NCBI GenBank assembly: GCA_964016885.1
Contig: OZ024743.1
Coordinates: 340,070,001-340,134,000, forward strand
From: Eledone cirrhosa
Taxonomy: Eukaryota
Length of the DNA: 64,000 nt
Direction: 5' to 3'
This document shows, piece after piece, positions 12,001 through 23,737 of the stretch (position 1 is the first letter of the stretch; the number at the start of each line of letters is the position of its first letter). Made by a program: the position numbers and the translations under genes. The notes beneath the pieces are model-generated. The model saw nothing but the letters and a program-made list of their open reading frames with translations, searched no databases and had not been told where the DNA came from.

Positions 12001-15000
12001 AGAGGGGGAAAAGGAGAAGAGAAAGGTGTAACTAAAGGAGAGAGGGGGAAAAACAGTGGAGATGTGTAACTAAAGGAGAGAGAGGGAAAAAGGAGAGGAA
12101 AAAGGTGTAACTAAAGGAGAGAGGGGGAAAAAGGAGCGGAGAAAGGTGTAACTAAAGGAGAGAGGGGAAAAGGAGAGGAGAAAGGTGTAACGAAAGGAGA
12201 GAGGTGAAACTAAAGGAGAGGCGAAAAGTGTAACTAAAGGAGAGAGGGAGAAAAAGGAGCGGAGAAAGGTGTAACTAAAGGAGAGAGGGGGAAAAAGGAG
12301 AGGAGAAAGGTGTAACTAAAGGAGAGAGGGGAAAAAGGAGAGGAGAAAGGTGTAACTAAAGGAGAGAGGGGGAAAAAGGAGGGGAGAAAGGTGTAACTAA
12401 AGGAGAGTGGGGGAAAAGACAGTGGAGAAACGTTTAACTAAAGGAGAGAGGTGAAACTAAAGGAGAGGCGAAAAGTGTAACTAAAGGAGAGAGGGGGAAA
12501 AAGGAGAGGAGAAAGGTGTAACTAAAGGAGAGAGGTGAAACTAAAGGAGAGGCGAAAAGTGTAACTAAAGGAGAGAGGGAGAAAAAGAGCGGAGAAAGGT
12601 GTAACTAAAGGAGAGAGGGGGAAAAAGGAGAGGAGAAAGGTGTAACTAAAGGAGAGAGGGGAAAAAGGAGTGGAGAAAGGTGTAACTAAAGGAGAGAGGG
12701 GGAAAAAGGAGAAGAGAAAGGTGTAACTAAAGGAGAGAGGGGGAAAACAGTGGAGAGAGGTGTAACTAAAGGAGAGAGAGGGAAAAAGGAGAGGAGAAAG
12801 GTGTAACTAAAGGAGAGAGGGGGAAAAAGGAGCGGAGAAAGGTGTAACTAAAGGAGAGAGGGGGAAAAACAGTGGAGAAATGTGTAACTAAAGGAGAGAG
12901 GGGAAAACAGTGGAGAAAGGTGTAACTAAAGGAGAGAGGGGGAAAAAGGAGGGGAGAAAGGTATAACTAAAGGAGGGGAGAAAGGTATAACTAAAGGAGA
13001 GAGGGGAAAAAGGAGTGGAGAAAGGTGTAACTAAAGGAGAGAGGGGGAAAAGGAGCGGAGAAAGGTGTAACTAAAGGAGAGAGGGGGAAAAAACAGTGAA
13101 GAAAGGTGTAACTAAAGGAGAGAGGGGGAAAAAGGAGAGGAGAAAGGTGTAACTAAAGGAGAGAGGGGGAAAACAGTGGAGAAAGGTGTAACTAAAGGAG
13201 AGAGGGGAAAAGGAGAGGAGAAAGGTGTAACTAAAGGAGAGAGGTGTAACTAAAGCAGAGGCGAAAAGTGTAACTAAAGGAGAGAGGGAGAAAAAGGAGC
13301 GGAGAAAGGTGTAACTAAAGGAGAGAGGGGAAAAAAGGAGAGGAGAAAGGTGTAACTAAAGGAGAGAGGTGAAAGTAAAGGAGAGGCAAAAAGTGTAACT
13401 AAAGGAGACAGGGAGAAAAAGGAGCGGAGAAAGGTGTAACTAAAGGAGAGAGGGGGAAAAAGGAGCGGAGAAAGGTGTAACTAAAGGAGAGAGGGGGAAA
13501 AAGGAGAGGCGAAAAGTGTAACTAAAGGAGAGAGGGAGAAAAAGGAGCGGAGAAAGGTGTAACTAAAGGAGAGAGGGGGAAAAAGGAGAGGAGAAAGGTG
13601 TAACTAAAGGAGAGAGGGGGAAAACAGTGGAGAAAGGTGTAACTAAAGGAGAGAGGGGAAAAGGAGAGGAGAAAGGTGTAACTAAAGGAGAGAGGTGTAA
13701 CTAAAGCAGAGGCGAAAAGTGTAACTAAAGGAGAGAGGGAGAAAAAGGAGCGGAGAAAGGTGTAACTAAAGGAGAGAGGGGGAAAAAGGAGAGGAGAAAG
13801 GTGTAACTAAAGGAGAGAGGTGAAAGTAAAGGAGAGGCGAAAAGTGTAACTAAAGGAGAGAGGGAGAAAAAGGAGCGGAGAAAGGTGTAACTAAAGGAGA
13901 GAGGGGGAAAAAGGAGCGGAGAAAGGTGTAACTAAATGAGAGAGGGGGAAAAAGGAGAGGCGAAAAGTGTAACTAAAGGAGAGAGGGAGAAAAAGGAGCG
14001 GAGAAAGGTGTAACTAAAGGAGAGAGGGGGAAAAAGGAGCGGAGAAAGGTGTAACTGAAGGAGAGAGGGGGAAAAGGAGCGGAGAAAGGTGTAACTAAAG
14101 GAGAGAGGGGGAAAAGGAGCGGAGAAAGGTGTAATTAAAGGAGAGAGGGGGAAAAGGAGCGGAGAAAGGTGTAACTAAAGGAGAGAGGGGGAAAAGGAGC
14201 GGAGAAAGGTGTAACTAAAGGAGAGAGCGGAAAAAAGGAGCGGAGAAAGGTGTAACGAAAGAAGAGAGGGTTAAAGGAGCGGAGAAAGTTGTAACTAAAG
14301 GAGGGAGGGGGAAAAAGGAGAGGAGAAAGGTGTAACTAAAGGAGAAAGGGGGAAATAGCGGAGAAAGGTGTAACTAAAGGAGAGAGGGGGAAAAGGAACG
14401 GAGAAAGGTGTAACAAAAGGAGAGAGGGGGAAAAGGAGCCGAGCAAGGTGTAACTAAAGGAGAGAACGGAAAAAAAGGAGCGGAGAAAGGTGTAACTAAA
14501 GGAGAGAGGGGGAAAAACAGTGGAGAAAGGTGTAACTAAAGGAGAGAGGGGAAAAAGGAGAGGAGAAAGGTGTAACTAAAGGAGAGAGGGGGAAAAGGAG
14601 GGGAGAAAGGTGTAACTAAAGGAGAGAGGGGGAAAAGACAGTGGAGAAAGGTGTAACTAAAGGAGAGAGGTGTAACTAAAGGAGAGGAGAAAGGTATAAC
14701 TAAAGGAGAGAGGGGGAAAAGGAGTGGAGAAAGGTGTAACTAAAGGAGAGAGGTGAAACTAAAGGAGAGGCGAAAAGTGTAACTAAAGGAGAGAGGGAGA
14801 AAAAGGAGCGGAGAAAGGTGTAACTAAAGGAGAGAGGGGGGAAAAGGAGAGGAGAAAGGTGTAACTAAAGGAGAGAGGTGAAACTAAAGGAGAGGCGAAA
14901 GGTGTAACTAAAGGAGAGAGGGAGAAAAAGGAGCGGAGAAAGGTGTAACTAAAGGAGAGAGGGGGAAAAAGGAGAGGAGAAAGGTGTAACTAAAGGAGAG

Positions 15001-16678
15001 AGGGGAAAAAGGAGTGGAGAAAGGTGTAATTAAAGGAGAGAGGGGGAAAAAGGAGAAGAGAAAGGTGTAACTAAAGGAGAGAGGGGGAAAAACAGTGGAG
15101 AAAGGTGTAACTAAAGGAGAGAGAGGGAAAAAGGAGAGGAGAAAGCTGTAGCTAAAGGAGAGAGGGGGAAAAAGGAGCGGAGAAAGGTGTAACTAAAGGA
15201 GAGAGGGGGAAAAACAGTGGAGAAATGTGTAACTAAAGGAGAGAGGGGGAAAAACAGTGGAGAAAGGTGTAACTAAAGGAGAGAGGGGGAAAAAGGAGGG
15301 GAGAAAGGTGTAACTAAAGGTGGGGAGAAAGGTATAACTAAAGGAGAGAGGGGAAAAAGGAGTGGAGAAAGGTGTAACTAAAGGAGAGAGGGAGAAAAAG
15401 GAGCGGAGAAAGGTGTAACTAAAGGAGAGAGGGGGAAAAAACAGTGAAGAAAGGTGTAACTAAAGGAGAGAGGGGGAAAAAGGAGAGGAGAAAGGTGTAA
15501 CTAAAGGAGAGAGGGGGAAAAAGGAGCGGAGAAAGGTGTAACTAAAGGAGAGAGGGGGAAAAAACAGTGGAGAAAGGTGTAACTAAAGGAGAGAGGGGGA
15601 AAAAGGAGAGTAGAAAGGTGTAACTAAAGGAGAGAGGTGTAACTAAAGGAGAGGCGAAAAGTGTAACTAAAGGAGAGAGGGAGAAAAAGGAGCGGAGAAA
15701 GCTGTAACTAAAGGAGAGAGGGGGAAAAAGGAGAGGAGAAAGGTGTAACTAAAGGAGAGAGGTGAAACTAAAGGAGAGGCGAAAAGTGTAACTAAAGGAG
15801 AGAGGGAGAAAAAGGAGCGGAGAAAGGTGTAACTAAAGGAGAGAGGGGGAAAAAGGAGCGGAGAAAGGTGTAACTAAAGGAGAGAGGGGAAAAAGGAGCG
15901 GAGGAAGGTGTAACTAAAGGAGAGAGGGGGCAAAGGAGCGGAGAAAAGTGTAACTAAAGGAGAGAGGGGGAAAAGGAGAGGAGAGAGGGGGGAAACAAGG
16001 AGAGGAGAAAGGTGTAACTAAAGGAGAGAGGGGGGAAACAAGGAGAGGAGAAAGGTGTAACTAAAGGAGAGAGGGGGAAAAGGAGAGGAGAAAGGTGTAA
16101 CTAAAGGAGAGGGGAAAGGTGTAACTAAAGGAGAGAGGGGGAAAAAGGAGCGGAGAAAGGTGTAACTAAAGCAGAGAGGGGGAAAAAGGAGCGGAGAAAG
16201 GTGTAACTAAAGGAGAGAGGGGGAAAAAGGAGAGGAGAAAGGTGTAACTAAAGGAGAGAGGGGAAAAAGGAGCGGAGAAAGGTGTAACTAAAGGAGTGAG
16301 GGGGAAAAAGGAGCGGAGAAAGGTGTAACTAAAGGAGAGAGGGGGAAAAGGAGCGGAGAAAGATGTAACTAAAGGAGAGAGGGGGAAAAGGAGAGGAGAG
16401 AGGGGGGAAACAAGGAGAGGAGAAAGGTGTAACTAAAGGAGAGAGGGGGAAAAGGAGCGGAGAAAGATGTAACTAAAGGAGAGAGGGGGAAAAGGAGAGG
16501 AGAAAGGTGTAACTAAAGGAGAGGGGAAAGGTGTAACTAAAGGAGAGAGGGGGAAAAATGAGCGGAGAAAGGTGTAACTAAAGGAGAGAGGGGGAAAAGG
16601 AGAGGAGAAAGGTGTAACTAAAGAAGAGGGGAAAGGTGTAACTAAAGGAGAGAGGGGGAAACAAGGAGAGGAGAAAGG
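1..16678. repeat. Satellite array, ~40-42 bp unit (GGAGAAAGGTGTAACTAAAGGAGAGAGGGGGAAAAAGGAG[A/C/T]) with shorter variants; runs off the left edge
   Basis: Near-invariant core AAAGGTGTAACTAAAGGAGAGAGG recurs about every 41 bp for 16.7 kb; recurring variant units (ACAGTGGAG, GGTGAAACTAAAGGAGAGGCGAAAAG, ATAGCGGAG); identical pseudo-ORFs at 463-729 and 4689-4955. Confidence 0.99.
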
Positions 16679-16740
16679 AACGACGTACGATTGTATGACA
16701 GTAGGAACGAATAAAAACAAGTATTTTGTAAGTGAACTGA

Positions 16741-17440
16741 CACGCACATACACACACAGAGAGAGACACACACATATACACACACAGACAGACATACACA
16801 CACAGACACACACACACAGACATACAGACACACACACACACACACACAGACACACATGCATACAGACACATACAGACCCACACAGACAGACAGACACACA
16901 CACATATACACACATAGACAGACACACACAGACACACAGACACACAGACACACACACACAGACATACAGACACACACACACACACACACACAGACACACA
17001 GGCATACAGACACATACAGACCCACACAGACAAACAGACACACACACATATACACACACAGACAGACACACACAGACACACAGACACACACACACAGACA
17101 CACACAGATACACAGACACACACAGATACACAGACACATACAGACAGACACACACACACACACACACACATACACACACATACAGACACACACAGACAGA
17201 CACACACAGGCAGACACACACAGACAGACACATACACATATACACACGCAGACAGACACACACAGACACACACACACAGATAGACACAGACACAGACACA
17301 CACACACATACAGACAGACACACACAGACACACACATATACACACATACAGACACACACACAGACAGACAGACACACACACATATACACACACACATACA
17401 AACACAGACAGACACACACACACAGATAGACACAGACACA
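16741..17440. repeat. Compound (CA)n/(CAGA)n/(CATA)n microsatellite
   Basis: Read directly; explains the CVCV/THTH ORFs. Confidence 0.97.
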
Positions 17441-17540
17441 TACTCTTTTACTCTTTTACCTGTTTCAGCCATCCGGCTGAGGCCATGCTGTATTCACAGC
17501 CTTTTACACATACACACACACACACATATATATATATAGA

Positions 17541-17614
17541 TATAGGGTCGTGACGTATGAAATTTGTAGAAATGTGTAGAAAAAAAACATATATCTACAA
17601 ATTTCATACTTGAC

Positions 17615-17620
<6 letters not shown>
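17541..17620. mobile_element. Tiny MITE-like element with ~27-bp imperfect terminal inverted repeats, in TA context
   Basis: TATAGGGTCGTGACGTATGAAATTTGTAGA ... TCTACAAATTTCATACTTGACCCAATA; one end recurs at 24063-24090. Confidence 0.5.
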
Positions 17621-17681
<61 letters not shown>

Positions 17682-17684
<3 letters not shown>

Positions 17685-18487
17685 TATGTACACGTACATA
17701 CATATATGTATACAGACGTACAGTAGTATGTATATATACATACATGCACACATATATATATATGTACGTATGGATTCACCGAACATTTATTATAATGCTC
17801 GGTGTGTTTGTAAACAAACATCCCGTATTAAGCCGTAGTGTCTAGCAACCATCGTTGCTCCTTTGTTCAACACTGACAAAGGAACGCTGTACTAGTTTCA
17901 AGCTTATTAGCTATCGTCAGCAACGTATACCTTCCTGCCAGATTGTTGAACGTATATACTTACCTTATGCATATTAACGGCTGAGTAGCCAAATTTGCAT
18001 ATCGAGTGGGTTAATCGGCCGGGTGCACCGAAAACGATAAACGGAAAAAAATGAAACGAAATTTCATTTCCACTCTTAGTACGGCTGTTACTTAAATATA
18101 AGTATGTACACGTACATACATATATGTATACAGACGTACAGTATACAGATGTCTGTATACAGACGTACAGTAGTATGTATATATATATATATATATACAT
18201 ACATGCACACATATATATATGTACGTATGAACAAACGAGCAACGATGGTTGCTAGACACTACGGCTTAATACGGGATGTTTGTTTACAAACACACCGAGC
18301 ATTATAATAAATGTTCGGTGAATCCATACGTATATATATATATATATATATGTGTGTATGCATGTATGTATGTATATATACATACTACTGTACGTCTGTA
18401 TACATATATGTATGTACGTGTACATACTTATATTTAAGTAACAGCCGTACTAAGAGTGAGAAATGAAATTTCGTTTCATTTTTTTCC

Positions 18488-18490
<3 letters not shown>
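17682..18490 (-). mobile_element. Non-coding ~420-bp hammerhead-bearing repeat (retrozyme/PLE terminal-repeat-like): one unit plus partial tandem copy, then an inverted partial copy (~18237-18490)
   Basis: AAGTATGTACACGTACATAC recurs at ~17682 and ~18100; 18237-18490 is the reverse complement of unit sequence; homologous to 23281-23991; flanked by (TA)n. Confidence 0.8.
17884..17926 (-). ncRNA. Minimal type I hammerhead ribozyme (intact core)
   Basis: Minus strand ACGTTG-CTGACGA-tAGCT aata AGCTt-GAAA-CTAG-TA-CAGCGT: stem I, core, stem II, palindromic loop III, UH. Confidence 0.88.
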
Positions 18491-18525
<35 letters not shown>

Positions 18526-18653
18526 AAAGTTATATTTAAATTGTTGGGTTAACAACGAGTAAATATTTATAACTGATATAAAAGCACTCAACAAGTATTT
18601 GGAGTATATTTATGATATTAAATAAATGGAAACTATATTTATAAAACCATATT

Positions 18654-18719
18654 TATTTCGTTATATATATTTCAGGGATATCATATTAACAATATGTTAT
18701 GCCATCTTCAGACAAAATA
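18654..18719 (-). ncRNA. Type I hammerhead motif with extended stem II (left arm of palindrome)
   Basis: Reverse complement of the motif at 19744-19809. Confidence 0.7.
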
Positions 18720-19743
18720 CAATATAAACAGTCTTATAAATAAATAGATACGATATACCTTTCAATCACCTTGCATTTGGGAGGTTGATTTGGTAGTAAA
18801 AAATGTGGACAGCTGTAAAAAGAAAGAGATAAAGAGAGAAAGAAAGAGAAACGAAGAAAAAGAAGAAATGAATGTGACTAAATAGAGGGATATAGAAAGA
18901 TAGATAAAGAGAAGAACTTCATGTAAAGAAACAGAGAGAAATATATATAGAGAGAGGAAAAAAGAAAGAGATAGATAGAGATAGATAGAGAAATTAGGAA
19001 GTTGAGTATCGGTTGATACATTTATTTATTTATTTATTTAGCTCTAGTATTAATGTAAAGAGAGATGTATGTAGTTAAGAGAGAAAATAGCCGTTATATA
19101 GAGAGAAAAAAGAGAGAATGAAAAAGAGAAAATGAAACACAACCAGACATAAACGATGCAGAATTTAAAACCGCTATGTTTTATCCGTAGAAAATATTAG
19201 TTCTTATAAAACAGGCATTATACTGGTACTTAAATTATAATGCCTGTTTTATAAGAACTAATATTTTCTACGGATAAAACATAGCGGTTTTAAATTCTGC
19301 ATCGTTTATGTCTGGTTGTGTTTCATTTTCTCTTTTTCATTCTCTCTTTTTTCTCTCTATATAACGGTTTTCTCTCTTAACTACATACATCTCTCTTTAC
19401 ATTAATACTAGAGCTAAATAAATAAATAAATAAATAAATAAATGTATCAACCGATACTCAACTTCCTAATTTCTCTATCTATCTCTATCTATCTCTTTCT
19501 TTTTTCCTCTCTCTATATATATTTCTCTCTGTTTCTTTACATGAAGTTCTTCTCTTTATCTATCTTTCTATATCCCTCTATTTAGTCACATGCATTTCTT
19601 CTTTTTCTTCGTTTCTCTTTCTTTCTCTCTTTCTCTCTTTCTTTTTACAACTGTCCACATTTTTTACTACCAAATCAACCTCCCAAATGCAAGGTGATTG
19701 AAAGGTATGTCGTATCTATTTATTTATAAGACTGTTTATATTG

Positions 19744-19809
19744 TATTTTGTCTGAAGATGGCATAACATATTGTTAATATGATATCCCTGAAATATATAT
19801 AACGAAATA
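19744..19809 (+). ncRNA. Type I hammerhead motif with extended stem II (right arm of palindrome)
   Basis: TATTTTGT-CTGAAGA-[tGG..CATATT gtt AATATG..CCt, 31 nt]-GAAA-TATATA-TA-ACGAAATA; 8-bp stem I with one G-U. Confidence 0.7.
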
Positions 19810-19846
19810 AATATGGTTTTATAAATATAGTTTCCATTTATTTAAT

Positions 19847-19897
<51 letters not shown>

Positions 19898-19899
19898 AT

Positions 19900-20230
19900 G
19901 TAAAAGGTAAACAGAAATAACAACACAATCGATACAGTATATAGAAGGAATATATTAGGGTAACGCTTGAAATAGCAGGAAGAGGGTCTAAACGTTTCGG
20001 ACGCTAGTCCTTCATCAGAAGAAAGAATGAGAAATTAGATTGATTGAGGGGATGGACGGGATGGAATTGGAAAAAATGTCTTTAGATAAAAATAACAGGT
20101 CCATTCATGTTGCCATCTCTTGGAAAACTATTGGTGCTGGCGTTTTGTGTATGGTATATTTTTTTAGAAAAGTGGATGATGGAGCGCGTGTACCTAAAAT
20201 GGAAGGGAAAAACCGTTTTGTATGAAGAGA
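19900..20230 (-). mobile_element. PLE-type 3' terminal fragment carrying a hammerhead
   Basis: Inverted homolog of 25172-25378; bounded by (TA)n/(TG)n. Confidence 0.7.
19987..20022 (-). ncRNA. Minimal type I hammerhead ribozyme
   Basis: Minus strand TCTT-CTGATGA-aGGAC tagc GTCC-GAAA-CG-TT-TAGA (one stem I mismatch). Confidence 0.8.
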
Positions 20231-20249
20231 TATAATTGTGTACGTGTGT

Positions 20250-20367
<118 letters not shown>

Positions 20368-20474
20368 CTGTCCATGTGTGTATCTTCCACCAGGAAATCT
20401 TTTCGTATCACTGAAATTTTCTTTGTTTCTTGCATTATATATATACAGTATAAATATATATATATATATATATA

Positions 20475-20687
20475 CTGCCAACTTGACTGTCACCACTGAA
20501 TATGAACCTGAAGATTGCGAAAGCATGAAAGTACTTGTTCAATTAACATTTAACATTTAATATTCTACCATACTATTTCATTATAATATCATTATAATTT
20601 TAAAGGATTGTAAATAAAACGAGTAAATCAGACAAAGTTAGATCTCCTTTTATTAATATAATCTTCTATACATAATCATACAGACCC

Positions 20688-20692
<5 letters not shown>
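20475..20692 (+). mobile_element. Short hammerhead-bearing insert in (TA)n
   Basis: Flanked by (TA)n on both sides; 3' half homologous to 35203-35318. Confidence 0.7.
20503..20541 (+). ncRNA. Minimal type I hammerhead ribozyme
   Basis: TGAAC-CTGAAGA-tTGC gaaa GCAt-GAAA-GTAC-TT-GTTCA; perfect 5-bp stem I, GNRA-capped stem II, palindromic loop III. Confidence 0.88.
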
Positions 20693-20752
<60 letters not shown>

Positions 20753-20777
20753 ATTACATGACAAACAATATAATTAT

Positions 20778-20845
20778 TCCATTACGAAAGGTTTCAAGAA
20801 ACTAAACGATCCTTATAGAAACGTCCGGCCCATTCATCAGATGAA
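20778..20845 (-). ncRNA. Probable type I hammerhead with 38-nt stem II region
   Basis: Minus strand TTCAT-CTGATGA-[38 nt, G-U-rich hairpin]-GAAA-CCTTTCG-TA-ATGGA. Confidence 0.55.
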
Positions 20846-21024
20846 GTAGTTATCTCTCATACATATCTCTACTTTCTTTATTTCAATAAAAAGTCTGAAT
20901 TTTGACACCCCACCACATTAGCCATACTCACTGAACCAGAACAATTCTCCCCATCCCTTTTTTCTTGACCATTATCTTTTGTTTGGCACAACATTCTCTA
21001 AATGGTTACAATAAAAAAAAAAAT

Positions 21025-21400
21025 TTCGAAATACGGGCGCGAAATTTAATGTACTTGTTCACGTGACAGTCATAATTTCATTTATAACCAATCAAATTAC
21101 ATTTATAAAAAAACCCTTTTTGAGCCACTTTTTTTAAGTAAAAAGAAATTCAAACACAAACTGGCGCGAAAGTTGATGTGCTTATTCACGTGACTGCATC
21201 AACCAACCAAATTTCACTCATATAATCTAAGCCCCCCCCCCCTTTTTTTTTTCTTAAAGGCAAATATAATAAGAACTTTGTAACACGAACTGGCGCGAAA
21301 TTTATTATACTTATTCACATGACAGTCATCAACCAACCAAATTACTTTTCTACAAACCTAGCATTTCGAGCCACTTTTTTCCATATAAAACAGAAGTAAC
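21025..21400. repeat. Three diverged ~128-bp tandem units, each with GGCGCGAAA, TTCAC[G/A]TGAC and AACCAA
   Basis: GGCGCGAAA at 21036, 21163 and 21292 (periods 127 and 129), each followed by the same downstream motifs. Confidence 0.8.
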
Positions 21401-21546
21401 ATTCGGACACCAACCAGATGCGAGAAAAACCACAAAGCCTCCATCTCAATTCTACTTTTGAAAAGCACAAGAACTGCGAAACCGGTAAAGGAACCAAATA
21501 AATATTTAAAAAAGACTCCAGTTGCATTTTCGATTTCATCTTTTTT

Positions 21547-21586
<40 letters not shown>

Positions 21587-22049
21587 AGGGAGAGAGAGTG
21601 TGTCTGCGGTGATGAGACCGAGGAGACCACTAACCATGGGAGGACTTGATGCATATAAATTTATCCCTATAAGTATACCTATCAATTAAATTAATTTAAT
21701 TTATTTTTATAGATCTAAATTCCTTATGTTTTAAATAAGATTGGTATTTCTCACTAACACATTTATCCTAAAATTTTATTCTCCTTCGATTTTAACATTA
21801 GCATTATTCTTTAATAACATCAAATTTTCGTGTACCTTTCACCGGCTTAACCTCTTTTCATCCCCAAAGTAATCTTTTCATTCAAAGTATTCTTTCCATT
21901 CAAAACTGAAGTCTGCATTCCTCTACCCCAAAATTAAATTTCTACTACTACTATTCTATCAACTTGACCACTTACTACTTTTCTATTGGTCAATTCAAAA
22001 CAGACCTATTATATTAAATCTTTGTTGGTTTTTTTCAATAAACAAATAT

Positions 22050-22185
22050 CATTATTTCTGAAGACAGCATATATATGTGTAGGTATGTATATTCCCTCTG
22101 ATAGTTTGTAAATTTTTTACATAGATCTATATGATATACATACCAACACACACATATATATCCTAGAAACGATCGTAAAATGATG
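22050..22185 (+). ncRNA. Type I hammerhead with ~100-nt stem II
   Basis: CATTATTT-CTGAAGA-[cAG.ATATATATGTGT.GGTATGTATA...TATACATACC..ACACATATATAT.CTa]-GAAA-CGATCG-TA-AAATGATG. Confidence 0.75.
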
Positions 22186-22236
22186 AATTTTTTAATATAA
22201 GGAAGTTTTTTTTGTTTTTATTCATTGTTTTAATTA

Positions 22237-22381
<145 letters not shown>

Positions 22382-22448
22382 TGTGTGTGTATCCCTGGTT
22401 CAATCGGGAGTAACCATAGTAAGTAAGGTACTCAATACATAGCAGAGT

Positions 22449-22562
22449 ATATTTAAAATAGAAATGGCTTCTACAGGACTAGAACTGTTTCATTCATTTC
22501 CTGATGATTTCCTTCGAATGAAACAGTTCTAGTCCTAGAGAAGCCATTTCTATATTAAATAT
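22449..22562. repeat. Fold-back insert (~46-bp arms) with a 5'-truncated hammerhead core at its centre
   Basis: ATTTAAAATAGAAATGGCTTCT..GGACTAGAACTGTTTCATTC / GAATGAAACAGTTCTAGTCC..AGAAGCCATTTCTATATTAAAT; CTGATGA-tTTC cttc GAAt-GAAA at 22501-22523; 5' strand of stem I missing. Confidence 0.8.
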
Positions 22563-22581
22563 ATATATATATATATATATA

Positions 22582-23280
22582 TGGGGAGGGTCATATTTGT
22601 GTAATAATATTGCCAGAATTAATAACAGAACACACTCACTGTTTGGTTGGTTTTCGCTTCTGTATCTTTTATATCGGTTAATTTAATTTATTCGGTCTTC
22701 AATGTTACCATTGACTGACCAACGGTCAAAAATACAGATACAATATAGACACAAACACATATATATATAGTCTAACAAAGTTCTTTCGTTGAACATCTGC
22801 AACATCGTCAGTGGTGCTATTATGTTTCCTCCCGTTGCATTGTATGCCTATGCCATATTTATTTAGTATGTTTATTTATTTATTTATTTGTTTATTTTTT
22901 TGTGTTCTCTGCGCATGCGTTGGCGTGTGTGTATAGTGTTTTGTTTGATGTGTGTTCGTGTTTGGGTGACTGTGTATTGGTTATTGTATTCTATCTTAGT
23001 TTACTAGTGTGTGTTTATATGTGTTTGTTGTTATTGTGCTTGTGTATGTATGTATTTATTTATTTATTTCTACTTCTCTTAGGTCAGTGTTGTTTGTTTG
23101 GGTGTTGTTGTTATTCCATTCATTTTTTCTGTTTAGCCTTGGCCTTCTAAGTTCTATTTCGCTGGCCTCTCTGATTTGCCTATCTGCTGGGTCATTTCTA
23201 TGTTTAGATATTATTCTAATTTCTATGTTGTCTATGTTACTGTCGTGTTGTTGTCTGGCATGTTCGTATAGTACAGCACC
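22582..23280 (-). mobile_element. 5'-truncated Penelope-like element: GIY-YIG C-terminus plus 3' terminal region
   Basis: Minus strand ~23277-23095 reads AVLYEHARQQHDSNIDNIEIRIISKHRNDPADRQIREASEIELRRPRLNRKNEWNNN, aligning with the end of ORF 32529-32798; ends in (TA)n. Confidence 0.85.
22774..22816 (-). ncRNA. Minimal hammerhead in PLE 3' region (weak stem I)
   Basis: Minus strand CACCA-CTGACGA-tGTTG cagatgtt CAAC-GAAA-GAAC-TT-TGTT; same position relative to the ORF as 32994-33036. Confidence 0.7.
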
Positions 23281-23321
23281 GTATATACTTTCAAACGTTC
23301 AATCATCTGGCAGGAAGGTAT

Positions 23322-23364
23322 ACGGTGCTGACGGTAGCTAATAAGCTTAAAACTAGTACATCGT
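23322..23364 (+). ncRNA. Hammerhead with mutated core (unit 1)
   Basis: ACGGTG-CTGACGG-tAGCT aata AGCTt-AAAA-CTAG-TA-CATCGT; two core substitutions. Confidence 0.75.
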
Positions 23365-23737
23365 TCCTTTGTCAGTGTTGAACAAAATGGCAACGATGGT
23401 TGCTAAACACTGTACGGCTTAATTCGGGATGTTTGTTTACAAACAAACCGAGCATTATAATAAATGTTCGGTAAATCCATACGTACATATATATATGTGT
23501 GCATGTATGTATATATATACATACTACTGTACGTCTGTATACATATATGTATGTACGTATACATACTTATATTTAAGTAACAGCCGTACTAAGAGTGAGA
23601 AATGAAATTTCGTTTCATTTTTTCCATTTATCGTTTTCGGTGCGCCCAGCCGATTAACTCACTCGATATGCAAATTAGGCTGCTCAGCCGTTAATATGCA
23701 TAAGGAAAGTATATACTTTCACGCGTTCAATCATCAT

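Larger units (their letters stand above)
18611..19852. repeat. Long near-perfect inverted repeat (~610-bp arms, 13-bp spacer)
   Basis: Left arm ends ...ACAGGCATTATA (19222), spacer CTGGTACTTAAAT, right arm starts TATAATGCCTGT (19236); complementarity continues out to 18611/19852 with few differences. Confidence 0.95.

Noticed and set aside
1-16678. CRISPR-like array (constant core plus variable part)
   Set aside because: Variable parts are slippage variants of each other, not unique spacers; eukaryotic context with no cas genes.
16433-17821. Long Cys/Val and Thr/His ORFs (and all [12 protein letters not shown] ORFs elsewhere)
   Set aside because: Microsatellite translations.
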